A DNA stretch of 64,000 bases from Isurus oxyrinchus. Taxonomy: Eukaryota. The position numbers and the translations under genes were made by a program. The first letter of the stretch is position 1; each line of letters opens with the position of its first letter. The stretch is taken from positions 744,001 to 808,000 of the forward strand of contig JANJGN010000152.1 of the NCBI GenBank assembly GCA_026770705.1, written 5' to 3'. Shown piece by piece: positions 13,220-26,167 of this stretch. The notes beneath the pieces are model-generated. The model saw nothing but the letters and a program-made list of their open reading frames with translations. It had not been told where the DNA came from and searched no databases.

Positions 13220-14462
13220 GCTCTGATCACTTGTTAATGATGGTGATCATGAACTTCAGCTGCAGGAAGTGCTTGTTCAGAGAAATACAAATGGGGCAGA
13301 CATCCCAGCTGACCCGCTCGGATCTCCACGACGTTTTAGTTTCTATTCCCTAGCGATCAAAAGTTTTGATTCTTGAGTGCAGACTGGAACAATGGAGGTG
13401 AAACTTTGCCTGGCTTCAATCAAATTCCTCATCACCGGTCAGTGATATTGGGACCTTCCTACAATATCCTCCCATCGTTCTAAAATTTCCCAATTCCACC
13501 CCGGGTGTTGTTTCGCCAAACCCAGCGTGTGCTGCCTCTTTATTATCAGAGATGAGTAACGAGGATTCAGTGTCCCAGCCAAAACCAGGAGTGGGATCAA
13601 AAGAGTGCCCGGGAATTTACATAGAAAGTAAAGGGGGAAATACATCCTGACCCGAACGGGGTTCTCCATCTGTAATCACTGCTTTCAGTCTCAGGAAAAA
13701 TGAAATTTCTCAATCATTTTACGTAACGGTCAAATTCGGCTATTTCAAGCCGCAGTGTTAGCAGAGACCTACAGATTTCTGAATGAATGTCACAGTCAAT
13801 TTCTGTACGAGTGAATTTTTGGATGAGATGTATAGAATTCAGTCGATGTTTTAAAGACTGAGTGAGGCGGAGATGAAAGGAGAAACATTGGAAGAAATAT
13901 ACCATGAGAGAAGGAGAGAGAAAGGAATCTGGTGAGACAAAGGGAGTGACAGCACACCAGAAACACAGAGACAGGGAGTGAGAGAAAACGGGAGACCGGT
14001 AGAGACAAACAGAAAGCCCGTAGAGAGACAAAGAGAGAGACCGGGTGTGTGTGTGTGTGGTGGGGGTGGGGGGAGGGGGGTGGGTGGCGTGTGGAACGGA
14101 AGGAAGGGAGAGAGAGAGAGAGCTGCAAGTATAAAGTCAAAGAAAGACAGAGGCAAAGTTAAAGAGATGGACTGATGTCGAACCATCGATAGAGACAGAC
14201 AGAGGGAAAGTCAAACGGGCAGTCAGAGAGTCTCACTCACACAGCTAGACAAGAAAATGGTTGGACTAGAGGCAGCAATAATTGGCCAGCAACTAGCAGC
14301 GGTTGGCATTCATTTGTAGGCAGCTCTAAGAGACTAGCCAATCCTATGAATCAGAAAAGCCCCACATTCTCAGAATGAGCGGAATAAACACCTTCTCTGA
14401 ATTTACTCTTTGATATCAGGTCGGAAGAGTCAACATACTGAACAATCTGTTATTCTCTAGCA

Positions 14463-14931
14463 TTGTTTAAACCGTATCTCCTGCTTTTAAGAATAGTCGT
14501 GCTGCCTGGTGAGTCTATGTTTAAACGACGAGTTTGTGTTCCAATAGTTATATTTACTCGCAGAATTCTGACACTTTTTGTTACAGGAACAAGAGACCGA
14601 GGTTTAATGCCTAAGGAACCGCCTAAATTAACGGTTCAAGAAGCACAGACTCTGATATTAAGTTCAGGAACTCCACGTCCTGTAGCTACTCCTATCTCTA
14701 CTGGTACATTCAATATCCCTGGGGAGATCCGCGATGTTTACTGAAGAGATTCGGCAAGGGTCAGGGGGTGAAGGCTCTAGATTTCCTCGACTGGTTCTCC
14801 GCTGTTTTGGATAAAGTAAAAGAAAACATGCTCTCTCAACAGTTCCCTGATCTCTAGTCCCTGACTGCCGTGCATTGCCGTGCACTCACTGCCTCACTGT
14901 TACAGAGGCGCTGTCAGGCCGAACAAAAACC
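14463..14931 (+). pseudogene. TCR V pseudogene (V2) with degenerate 23-RSS
   Basis: 46-nt leader 14463-14508 starting with TTG. Exon from 14587 is frameshifted (YSYLYWYIQYP..WFSAVLDK). RSS CTCACTG(14893)-23 bp-ACAAAAACC. Confidence 0.8.
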
Positions 14932-15484
14932 GGCAAAGGACTCTCACTTCCTCTCACTGAATCAATTTTGGGAACTGAATTGTTAGCTGGTAGCTGAACA
15001 GAAACCAAACTAAAGACTAGTTTGGCGAAATGGCACATGTCTCTGTTGCAGACTCGATTATTGTCATTCTGTTTAGTATTCCTCTTAATATCAGATGTGC
15101 GCGGTTCCTACGGTCAATGAGCAACTCTTTTAATACGAGCCTCCGGCATTGGTGGACAACATTAAGGACATCATTAACTATTCTCCCTCACTATCACCAC
15201 GTCACACACTGACTCTGCTGGAGACCCAACATTCAGTTGAATCCTTGGTTCAGCCCCCTTGGAGGCGAAAACGGCTTCGCTGATTTGCTGCATCATTATT
15301 TGCTGACGCAATCCGTTGGAGAACAAAATATCGTGGGGCTGATTGGATGTCACTTGTGGAGACTTTCAGGAATTAACCAATGGCTGAAGAGACTGGATAT
15401 AAATGAAAATTTTCCCAAGCCTTCACTGAAGCATTGACAGATTCAACCCGTTCTGTTTCAATCCGCCATCAGCTCGCTGGAAAT

Positions 15485-15986
15485 ATGTTGGGTTTTACCT
15501 ACTATTCTTTTCTCACAGCTGCAGCTCTCTTACCCGGTAAGTCCGCACGTTACACAATCTTCCTATTGCAGGTATCATTGTTTTAATTCAGTTTTATTTC
15601 TATTCAGAATCCCTCACTCAACATGATAAACTGGGCTGAAGTAATAAACCTTAAAGCTCTTTATTTTTAATTGCTGCAGTTGTTAGTGGTGCAGACTCGG
15701 TCTCACAGGAACCAGATACAGCGATGCAATTTGAAGGAGACTCGGTGACCATTCATTACAGCTATTCGACCACTGCTAATACACCTTACTTACAGCTGTA
15801 CCGTCATGACCGGGGTAAGGCCCCTACATTCTTGATCTACATCCCGAAATACGGAAATATTTTCAGAGCAGAGGGCGTGGGGGCTCGATTTTCTGCATCT
15901 CTCGACACTTCCAAAAGTGAGGGGAATTTCACCATCCGTGACCTGCGGCTGTCTGACAGCGCGGTGTATTACTGCGGGCTGAGAGA
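15485..15986 (+). CDS. TCR V segment, open frame, non-canonical (no Cys23, no Trp41) (V3)
   Basis: Leader 15485-15536 (MLGFTYYSFLTAAALLP). Exon 15680-15986: ADSVSQEPD..VTIHYSYSTTANTPYLQLYRH..DSAVYYCGLR, no stops, GT-AG sites intact. Confidence 0.9.
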
Positions 15987-16025
15987 CACAGTGACAGGAA
16001 CCAGGGGAAGACACCTACAAAAACA
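15987..16025 (+). promoter_or_regulatory. 23-RSS of V3
   Basis: CACAGTG + 23 bp + ACAAAAACA. Confidence 0.95.
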
Positions 16026-16785
16026 CTGCCGCAATATTTCTAAGTGAATTGAGTAGCAGACTGTTTGGTGATATATAGGGAATGCAAGTTCTTCTCCAAG
16101 TAAAGCCAACAGACAATGTGGCCTCAAGACAACTCCCATAAACTCTGAGTAGGAGAGTCGGATAAGCATTTATTCACTCTATTAATTCAGCAGGAAAAAC
16201 CTTGTGCAGGTTTTTTGGTAACCTGGCCCGATAATGTCTGATACATAGGAAGTTTATCCTATTCATTGTCCGGGAATTTTCACCCTCTCTTCAGTGTGCC
16301 ACTAACACAGAATTACAAATTAAGATCTACTCGTTGTGTGAACACAGTAGAATGTCGATCAAATCCGACTTCATCAGAGTCAACAGGCTCAATCTAAGTT
16401 GTGATAACGAGTGAAATAACTGAAAATCTCCATCGACGTTCACACCCTGTATTTCTTTCTTTGAGAAGACCTGCATACCAGTTCATTGAAGTTCACACTA
16501 TCTCTCAGATCAATTAGAGATCAAGCTGTGTATACTCATCCATCTTTCTCTCTGATCAGCCGAATGCGACGTTAATGCCTCAGTTCTCTGTAATAAGAAC
16601 TTTCCCAATGTGGTTACCGAAATGACATCAGGCCAATCAGATCCAGTGATCTCATCTTCATCATCGTATGTTCTGCAGGATGTGACATCAGACCAGTCTC
16701 AGCCAATGCTGTCAGATTATTCTGGTTCCATACTCTGCAGGATTCTGAGACACAAAAAGTCCCTTGAATTCCGGGAGCAGCAGCA

Positions 16786-17570
16786 ATGCGGGTCTTCGTT
16801 CTCGCTGTCACCTGGTTGACATTCACTATCTGTAAGGAGTTTAGCACTTTTAAAAGGGCTTAATTTTCTGAGGAATGAATTTACAAATAAGACTGTTCAT
16901 GTTAAAAATGCAGCAGGTCTTGGTTAGAGCACACATGACCTATTGTGAGCAATTCTGGCCTCTTCCTTACAAGAGGAATATAAAGCGGCATAGACACAAT
17001 GCAACAAGGCATTACAGCGATGATGCCAGATTTGAGAGGTAAAGAAAACGCTGCACAGACTGGCCTTCTTTCCCATGGTAAAGAGAAGAAAGAGGGGTAA
17101 CCAAACAGAGTTCTTTTAATGATGATGAAGGGGCAGACATGGAAATGTTTCCACTTGTACTTAATTCAAAACTGTGGGATATATTTATGAATGATTAAAA
17201 GATCCGACATGGAGCTCATGAGAAATTTATTTATCCAGAGATGGGATGGAATATGTAAATCACTATCACCAGCAGGGGATAAGGCGAACTGATGCATTTA
17301 AAGGGACAAGGAAGGTGAATGGAATAGGAGGATATGCTGAGTGAGTGAGATAAAGAGGGATAGGGTCGTTGGAAGTGTAAACACCGAAGTATTAAGTAAG
17401 GTGTAATTTTCGGTGTTGTAGATTGTATAACATTTTATGTAGCATTGTTTGCGAAATTTCACTGTTAGTTCATTTCAGTTGAGTTTTTAATCGCTAAATT
17501 CTGCTTCCTTTAACCGTGTGTTCCAGATCTGAGCGATGGAGATTCTGTTACTCAGCAGAAATCCTCAATC
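16786..17570 (+). pseudogene. 3'-truncated TCR V (V4), paralog of V10
   Basis: Leader 16786-16831 (MRVFVLAVTWLTFTI). Exon from 17527 gives LSDGDSVTQQKSS, then breaks off. Promoter and intron are homologous to 32040-33030. Confidence 0.85.
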
Positions 17571-17755
17571 TGCAGTTTGTTCTCTCGGTCACTGCTGGAA
17601 ACTGTTGGGTGACAGTTTGATGCGAGGTGAATGTGGTTTCCTTTCGATGTGTGCTTGAGCGGCTGACAGCATCGCTGAACATTGTGGTTGCATCTGCCCG
17701 AGATTCTACACATAAACCCAAATAGACAGGAGCTCTGAGTCACAATTCAAAGCGA

Positions 17756-18249
17756 GTTTTATACACAGGTGTGAGATTGTTTTTCATCGCTATGAGTCTG
17801 AGAGAGCAGCAATACAAGGCAGAGTCAGGCAGCTGCAGAGCCGAGATCGTTAAACTAGTGAATTTCGTGGAGGTCTGGAGTTTCACTGAGACACGGATTT
17901 GGGCAAAATCTGTTTTTTCTTAAGAGATTCACAGTTCGTAGATTTCAGCAATAAAAACTGGAGCTGGGCGCCTAGATGTTGCCTGTACCAGTGTAGCCAA
18001 TAGCTGCTTTGTGTCGTAGGATAGCTGCAGGTTAAAGTCACCGCTTCTCCTTCTGCCCTGGCACCTGAGGACAGCGGCTCGTGCAGAATTTCCATGAATT
18101 TGATCTGAACAACATACTGAAACAGAAAACAAAAATCAGACCATTTAAAAGGTGTGTGGGAAATGAGAAAAATAAAGATGAAATACGTGTCATCCACAAA
18201 TACCTGTCAGAAATGTTCCCCACACAACCCAGGTGCTGAGCAGCCGCAT
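17756..18249 (-). pseudogene. TCR V pseudogene (V5), paralog of V1
   Basis: Leader 18249-18204 (MRLLSTWVVWGTFLT). Exon 18104-17795 has two frameshifts (VTLTCSY..WLHWYRQ..DSALYCC). RSS CATAGCG-23 bp-GTATAAAAC. Confidence 0.9.
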
Positions 18250-18379
18250 TGTCGCTGTCCGTTCTGTGAAAGGGGAGTTGGATATTTGACGACAGCCGTT
18301 TTAAACCCAAACCTCAATAAACTGCTTTCGTGTCTCAGGATGTTCTCATCTCACTTCCTTCGGTCCACAGTCGTTCTGT

Positions 18380-18760
18380 GAGAGTGGTAGGTGGCGAGTT
18401 GGTCCTCACTGAATGTAAAGACACCGACCTGGTCTATGGTAAGAGTCTTTATGGGGGGAATTGCTCAGCTTTAGGGACCAAGGGTGGTGTTCTGGTTGTC
18501 AGAGATTATAAACACCCAGAGCTTGAATACGGTCAGCGTCCCTATAGGGGGAATGATTCAGCTTTAGAGACCAAGGGAGATGCTCTGGCTGTCAGTGAAT
18601 GTAAACACCCTGAGGTGGACCACGGTCAGTGTGTTTATAGGGGAAATGGCTCAGCTTTAGAGACCGAGGGTGGTGTTCTGCGTGCCAGTGAATTTAAATA
18701 CCCAGAGCTGGGTGATATTTAGTGTCCTTTTGGGGGATAGGTTCAGCTTTAGATACCGGC
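18380..18760. repeat. 93-bp minisatellite, ~4 units
   Basis: CAGCTTTAG at 18466, 18559, 18652 and 18744. Confidence 0.9.
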
Positions 18761-18984
18761 GAACCGTGGCTTATTATTGTAACCAGGAAACAGAAAGCTG
18801 ACCTGACCAGAAGGACAGTCAGAACAGTGACTCCGCTGAGATTTCCCTCAAGCATCAGTTAACTATTGAGCTAAGGACGATTCTGTGTTTTGCCTCAGCG
18901 CTTTTGAGATCTGTGATATTATAAGGGTGACATTTATTGTTACTGAACAAGTAATTGAACAAAGCTAGAGATACAAATCTAGAG

Positions 18985-19320
18985 GAATTCACCAAGGCTC
19001 TTTCGATAGCAACTTCCAAACCCACGACCACTACCATCTAGAAGGACTAGGACATCAAATACATGGGAACACCACCACCTGGAAGTTCCCCTCCCAGTCA
19101 CTTACCATCCAGAATTGGAAATATATCGCCGTTCCTTCACCTGTCGCTGGGTCAAAATTCTGGAAATCCTTCCTAACAGCACTGTGGGTGTGCCTACACC
19201 ACGTGGACTGCAGCAGTTCAAGAAGGCAACTTAGCACTACCTTCTCAAGGGCAACTAGGGGTGGATAATAAATGCTGACCCAGCCAGCGAAGCCCACATC
19301 CCGTGAATAAATAAAAAAAA
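18985..19320 (+). mobile_element. CR1-type LINE 3' end
   Basis: Ends GGGCAACTAGGG..AATAAATGCTG..CCCACATCCCGTGAATAAATAAAA. Confidence 0.85.
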
Positions 19321-20684
19321 CAGCTCTACCTCTAATTTAAACAACATTTCGAACACTGACCCCTGCTGTAGTTTATTTAAAATTTTGTTTGAAACTCAGT
19401 GGTGGATTCTGCCCATCCTTGTGCAAGTAAGGATATATTTAAACAGCCATAACTTTCAGACTTCGGGTTTGCAAATAGAGAGAAAAGAGATTGTGTCACA
19501 TCGACTCTGTGCAGCCAGTTACAGAGGACAGAAAGCTCCAGGCGGGTCAAAGCTCCCAGGGTGAGGTGCAGGGGGAATACTCATTAACAAGAACTTAACA
19601 CACACAGTGCATGAAAAACTGTCCTTACAATTCTCAATCAGGTTAGAAAAAGATGTGGTGCAGAGAGAAGCAAAATAAATGGGGTTTGAATTGTCCTTCA
19701 CTCCTTTATCATCGATCCCCACCCTCGATATAGTGAATGGCTTCAGAAATCACATCTCATCACATCTTTCCTTCATATTTTCATATCCCTTTCTCCGTCT
19801 TCAGGAATATCATCTCAGGTTGTATTCATCCTTTTTTTTAAATATCCATTTCCTCCTCTTCAGAAATCCGAACTCAGTTGTATCTTTCCTTCATATTTTA
19901 ACATTCTTTTCACCATCTTCCACACCTTTCACCCACTTGCCTTGCCCAGTGAATAGTGTCAGATTTTAATCCATCGATATGACTTTCTGAGGATCATTAA
20001 GGAAGAGCTGCTGTTGAAGTAGAAACAGAGATAGACTGCTGACTGTGATTGATGTACTTTGAAAATACATTGAGAATTCAACTCGGGGTATCCGGCCCTC
20101 ACCATGGACCTGTCTTAATGCAAGGAAAACATGCAAAATTTTCAATGGCTTTATTTGCCAACCCAGTCTTCTTAAGCCAGAATAGTCACATAAAGATAAC
20201 AAGTGAATTTCCCAGTTGGATACGTCATACATCAAGATCGTGGTTAGAATCATAAAATGATGGAGAAGAAGACCATTCGTCCCATCTTATCTGTGCCGAC
20301 CCACTGTGAGAGCAGCTAAGCCAGAATCACTGCCTTTCCCCCGTCGCCCTGCAAATCGGTACCAAAATTCCAGCAAGAACAGTTGTCTGGAAAATCTTTT
20401 TTATTATCGTTGATCAATTCACTTTTTTATGTTTTTATTTTGCAGAGATCGGCTAATGTGGCAGCCTCCTATCTATTTACTCTCCGGCATCTAACCAGGT
20501 GGCTGACATGTTTCTCTCCGACACGTCCGATATTTGGGCTGGTTGCAGTTTGCAAAGTCAAAAGCGATTGGTGACAATTTAGTTTGCTGGCGTGGTCAGG
20601 TCCTTGCGATCTGCCCGAAATCAGCCTTCACCCACTGTGCCTCTGTGTTGAAATCTGGGCAGACAAAGTGGATCCACAGAGATA

Positions 20685-20820
20685 AAAACAAAACAAAACT
20701 GCGGATGCTGGAAATCCAAAACAAAAACAGAATTACCTGGAAAAACTCAGCAGGTCTGGCAGCATCGGCGGAGAAGAAAAGAGTTGACGTTTCGACTCCT
20801 CATGACCCTTCGACAGAACT
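20685..20820 (-). mobile_element. Solo terminal fragment of a Penelope-like element
   Basis: Reverse complement of 23550-23650; contains a hammerhead-like motif at 20782-20820. Confidence 0.85.
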
Positions 20821-21255
20821 ACGCCTAACATTTTAGAGGAAGGTGACTGGTCTGAGCAGTCAGTCAGAAAGTTAATCTTTTAAGGCACTCAGGACTACCG
20901 AATTCAAGGGAGACGCCAGTGTTATTGCTGCCAATGAATGGATCTACCCAGCCGAGAGGGCCGGGGTGGGGGATGCTGGTGGGATTGGGGGTGGGGGGGG
21001 TGGGGGTAGGAAACAAACAATTGATATGGCTGGAACAAAATGTAAAATTGCCTTAATAATTGAACAGTAAGAAGGTAGAATGGAAAACATGCAGACCTGC
21101 TGGTGTTGAGATAATAACTGCAGATGAATTTGAAAGAGATCCGAGAGTCGGTTTCGAACTGGAGGGAATGCAATCGAGAATGTCTTGGATACTGGCAGTA
21201 AGGGATATCTTTTCATGATACCTTGACATTGGCAGGGTCAAAGGGTATCATATCT

Positions 21256-23652
21256 CAAGTGAGTTGTCTCAATTTCTCTGCTCCTCTCACCCATTCTAAT
21301 CTGTCCCTCTCTGAACTTACTGCATTCCGTTCTCTCAGATCCAACCCCAACATTGTCATCAAACCCGCTAACAAGGGTGGTGTTGCTGTTGTCTGGCGCA
21401 CTGACCTCCATCTCGCGGAGGCTGAGCGTCAACTCGCAAACACTTCCTCGTACCTCTCCCTGAGCCATGACCTCACCACTGAACATCAAGCCATTGTTTC
21501 CAGGACTGTCACTGACCTCATCTCCGCTAGAGATCTTCCTCCCACGGATTCCAACCTGATCGTCGCCCAACCTCGGATGGCCCGCTTCTACCTCCTACCC
21601 AAAATCCACAACCAGAACTGTCCCGGTGGACTGATCGCTTTTGCCTGCTCCTGGCCCTCAGAACTCATTTCTCATTATCTTGACTTCCTTCTCTCTCCCC
21701 TTGTCCAGTCCCTTCCCACCTACATCCGTGATTCCTCTGACATCTTACGCGACATCAACAATTTCCAGTTCCCTGGCCCCACCGCTTCTTCTTCACCATG
21801 GACGTCCAATCCCTCTACACCTCCATCCCCCACCAGGATGGTCTGAGGGCCCTTAGCTTCTTCCTCGAACAGATGCCCGAACAATCCCCATCCACCACTG
21901 CGCTCCTCCGTCTGGCTGAACTTGTTCTCACACTGAACAATTTCTCCTTTAACTCCTCTCACTTCCTCCAAATAAAAGGTGTGGCTATGGGTACCCGCAT
22001 GGGCCCCAGCTATGCCTGTCTCTTTATTGGGTTTGTGGAACATTCCTTGTTCCAGTCCTACTATGGCCCCCTTCACAACTCTTTCTCTGGTACATCGATG
22101 ATTATTTCGGTGCTGCTTCATGCTCTCGTCGGGACTTGGAAAAAATTATTAATTTTGCTTCCAATCTCCACGCCTCCATCATTTTCACATGGTCCATCTC
22201 TGACACTTCCCTTCCCTTCCTTGACCTCTCGGTCTCAATCTCTCGTGATAGACTGTCCACCAATATCCATTACAAGCCTAACGACTCCCACAGCTACCTC
22301 GACTACAGCTCCTCACACCCCGCTTCCTGTAAGGAATACACCCCATTCTCTCAGTTCCTTCGCCTCCGTCGCATTTGTTCTGATGATGCTACCTTCAAAA
22401 ACAGTTCCTCTGAAATGTCCTCCTTCTTCCTTAACTGAGATTTTCCACCCATGGTCGTTGACAAGGCCCTCAACCATGTCTGGCCCATCTCCCGCGCATC
22501 CGCCCTCACGCCTTCTCCTCCCTGCCAGAAACATGATAGGGTCCTCCTTTATCCTCACTTATCACCCCATCAGTCTCTGCATTCAAGGGATCATCCTCCG
22601 CCATTTCCGCCAACTCCAGCATGATTCCACCACCAAACACATCTTCCCTTCACACGCCCCGGCGGCATTCCATAGGGATCGTTCCTTCCGCACACCCTGG
22701 CCCACTCCTCCATCACCTCCTACTCCTCAGCCCACACCTATGGCACCTCCCCATGCCCATGCAAAAGATGCAACACTTGCCGCTTCACATCCTCTCTCCT
22801 CACCGTCCTAGGACCCAAACACTCACTTCAAGTGAAGCAGCATTTCACTTGCATTCCCCCAAATTAGTCTACTGCATTCGTTGCTCCCAATGTGGTCTCC
22901 TTTACATTGGAGAGACCAAACATAAACTGGGCGACCGCTTTGCAGAACACCTGTGGTCTGTCCGCAAGAATGACCCAAACCTCCCTGTCGCTTGCCATTT
23001 TAACACTCCACCCTGCTCCCTTGTTCACAAGTCTGTCCTTGGCTTGCTGCATTGTTCCAGTGAAGCCTAACGCAAACTGGAGGAATAGCACCTCATCTTT
23101 GACTAGGCACTTTACAGCCTTCCGGACTGAATATTGAATTCAGCAACTTTAGATCTTGACCTCCCTCCTCCAACCCCAGCCCCTTTCTGTTTCTTCCCCC
23201 TTCTTTTTGTTTTTCCAATAATTTATATTGATTTTTCTTTTCCCACCCATTTCCATTATTTTTAAATATTTTATGCCCTGCTACTCTTTCCACCCCACCC
23301 CCACTAGAGCTGTACCTTGAGTGCCCTACCATCCATTCTTAATTAGCACATTCGTTTACATAATATCACCACCTTCAACACCTCTGTGCTGTTTTGTTCT
23401 TTTGTCTGTGGCATCTTTTGATTATCTGCTCCTATCACTGCTTGCTTGTCCCTACAACCACACCACCACCCCCCCACCCCCACTTCTCACCCCCCCCCCC
23501 CCACCCACCTTAAACCAGCTTATATTTCACCCCTCTCCTTATATTCACCCAGTTCTGTGTAAGCGTCATGAGGACTCGAAACATCAACTTTTTTCTTCTC
23601 CGCCGATGCTGCCAGACCTGCTGAGTTTTTCCAGGTAATTCTGTTTTTGTTC
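21256..23652 (+). mobile_element. Penelope-like retroelement (RT + GIY-YIG), 5'-truncated and frameshifted
   Basis: RT motifs MDVQSLYTSIPH, GVAMGT, YIDD, LPFLD; GIY-YIG LVYCIRCSQCGLLYIGET; 14-bp TSD AGGGTATCATATCT at 21242-21255 and 23653-23666. Confidence 0.93.
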
Positions 23653-24150
23653 AGGGTATCATATCTGTCGTCGCTGTTTAATTGCAGCATTTACCTGTGC
23701 AGCACATGGTCAAAACAGGCGTGAGGGAGTTGCTTCAATATTAAGATGCCCATTGAAAATGATATAACTCCACCTCTCTATGAGAACCATGTTAGTCCCA
23801 GGTTCGCGAAATGAATTCCAATGCTATTATTTAGCTGCAAATGCCTTCACCATTGAGCTCCGGTTGAAGTGTGCGGGTGAAAGCAAATTTTGGATGACAG
23901 AAAAATCCCAACCCAATCCGAATTCTAATCCAATGTAGTGGCAAACGTATTTAATTTCAAACTGTCAACTTCAGGTAACTAGCTTATTAGTAATCAAGGA
24001 AGGTATGAAATTTTTAACATTAACAAAGATAGAATATTATGAATTCAAATCGAAGGGCTGAAAATAATATTTGTTTGTGAATTTAGATCGAAGCAAATGC
24101 CAGTCAGCATTTTTTGGGACAATATGACCTGTGGTAGACACAGCGACCCG

Positions 24151-24169
24151 GCAGCGCCACCTGCTGGCC
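24151..24169 (-). promoter_or_regulatory. CTCF motif
   Basis: Reverse complement GGCCAGCAGGTGGCGCTGC. Confidence 0.75.
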
Positions 24170-24629
24170 TGGTTTAAATGATCAAATTTGAAAGGATCAC
24201 GGAGATCATTGCTCACGATTTGTGTTCTCTCTGTTTCCATTATTCGGTTTGATTCAGGATAACGAACGGAACGCTCCACCCAACTTCCACCAAAGCTGAA
24301 CGAGAACCTCCCTCATATTTCACTCTGTGAGGTGAAGTCCCAGAAGCCTGTTTCTAGCGGGTACAGCGTTCTGATGCTCGTTAAGATTCATGCGCAACAG
24401 CACTGAATTCAGAAGCAGCTACCCTGACCTGGATCTCCCGAAAATTAATTTACCGAAGTTGATAGGACACGACATGAAGCTAAGCTTCATTTTATTGATG
24501 GCCTTTCTGGATTTCGCACTCTATCCTCCACGTGATTGCAGCACACATCATTAGATACAATATGAGTATAATATCGTATATAGTGCAATTTATATTACCA
24601 CAGTATAACATATATTATTCGTTTATAGT

Positions 24630-24880
24630 GTGTGGGCGTCGCCGGCTGGGCCACCATTTATTACCCATCCCTCTCTAGCTGACCTTGTTCACAGGGTAAT
24701 TTAAGAGTCAACTACGTTGCTATGGGACTGGAGTCACATGTTGGCCAGGCCAAGTAAGGATGGTAGATTTCCTGCCCTATAGAGCATAAATGAACCACAT
24801 GGGTTTTTACGACAACCGACAGTGGTTTCATCGTCATATTCCCAGATTTGTATTGAATTCAAATTTCACGATTTGCTGGG
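24630..24880 (-). mobile_element. Shark SINE (CR1-like tail)
   Basis: Same family as 38195-38500. Confidence 0.8.
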
Positions 24881-25059
24881 GTTCTAAATATATTTATGTA
24901 TATATATGTACATATATATAAAATATGATTATGCTATATTCTGTTGGATTGCATTTTCCTGTATTCCATCAACTTGTATTTTGTTATTTTATATTTTATT
25001 GTTGTATGTTATAAGGAGTTGCGTTATATTTTACTAATTATGCGACATTATATCTAATG

Positions 25060-25356
25060 CAACTGGCAGTGATGGAACATGACAGTCAGCGGCTGTTGCA
25101 GAAGGGGTCATTGTATCATTGGCCTGTATTATCACTGTAGCAAGGCGGATCCAACAATGGTACAGACAATATCCAAACTGAACAGTGCAGCACCTGGCGA
25201 CAAGTACTAGCGATGGGAAAAGGATCAAAGCTTCGCCCAATTTAGCATAGTGAAGTGTTCTGAATGTTAGCGACACTTCAGTGACAGACAGTGCCACCAA
25301 TTCCTGTTCGTTGGAGACACAAGGTGTTACCTCGCAATAAGGATCATAGAAAAGCC
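25060..25356 (+). pseudogene. Degenerate TCR V pseudogene (V6)
   Basis: AVAEGVIVSLAC..QWYRQYPN*..LNVSDTSVTDSATNSC with several stops; RSS CACAAGG(25318)-23 bp-AGAAAAGCC; possible leader at 24474-24531. Confidence 0.75.
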
Positions 25357-25480
25357 TTCTGAGGGAGAGGGTGACAATTTGTAGTCTCTGCCATCATCAA
25401 AGAACTGGGAGCTTGATAACAATCTCCCTGGAAGAGGGCTCTGAGTCCCCTAATAAGTGAGTGAGAGCAGGATGGACATG

Positions 25481-26167
25481 CATTTCAACACACCACCCTG
25501 CTGTCATGCCCACATGTCCATTCTTGGCCTGCTGCAATGTTCCAGTGAATCTCAATGCAAACTGGAGGAACAGCACCTCATCTACGGATAACACACTTTA
25601 CAGCCTTCTGGACTGAATATTGAGTTCAACAAGTTTAGATCATGAACTCTCTCCTCCATCCCCACTCCCTTGCCGATCCCCGTTTTTTCCAATAATTAAT
25701 ATAGATTTTTCTTTTCCCAGCTACTTCCATTATTTTTAAATGTATTTCCAACCATTGCTTTATCTCTACCTTTTAGCTTATTTCGATCCCTGCTCCCCAC
25801 CCCACCCCCACTAGGGCTATCTGTACCTTGCTCGTCCTGATTTCTACCCTTAATGTCACCTATTAGCACATTTCATAGATAATATCACCACCGTCAACAT
25901 CTCTTTGTCCTTTTGGCTGTGACATCTTTTGGTTATCTTTTGGCGCTCTATCCAGCCCTACTTGTCCCACCCCAGGCGCGCCCCCTTAAACCAGCTTATA
26001 TTTCACATTTCTTCTATTTTTCCTTAGTTCTGAAGAAGAGTCATACGGACTCGAAACGTTAACTGTGTTCCTCTCAGCAGGTGCTGTCAGACCTGCTAAG
26101 TTTTTCCAGGTATTTGTATTTTTATTTTTGTTTTGGATTTCCAGCATCCGCAGATTTTTGCTTTTTT
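25481..26167 (+). mobile_element. Penelope-like element 3' fragment (second subfamily)
   Basis: Homologous to 22995-23650. Confidence 0.85.
26026..26064 (+). ncRNA. Minimal type-I hammerhead ribozyme motif
   Basis: AGTT-CTGAAGA-A-GAGTC/ATACG/GACTC-GAAA-CGTT-AACT: both core boxes, stem I, stem II and palindromic ACGT helix III. Confidence 0.75.
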
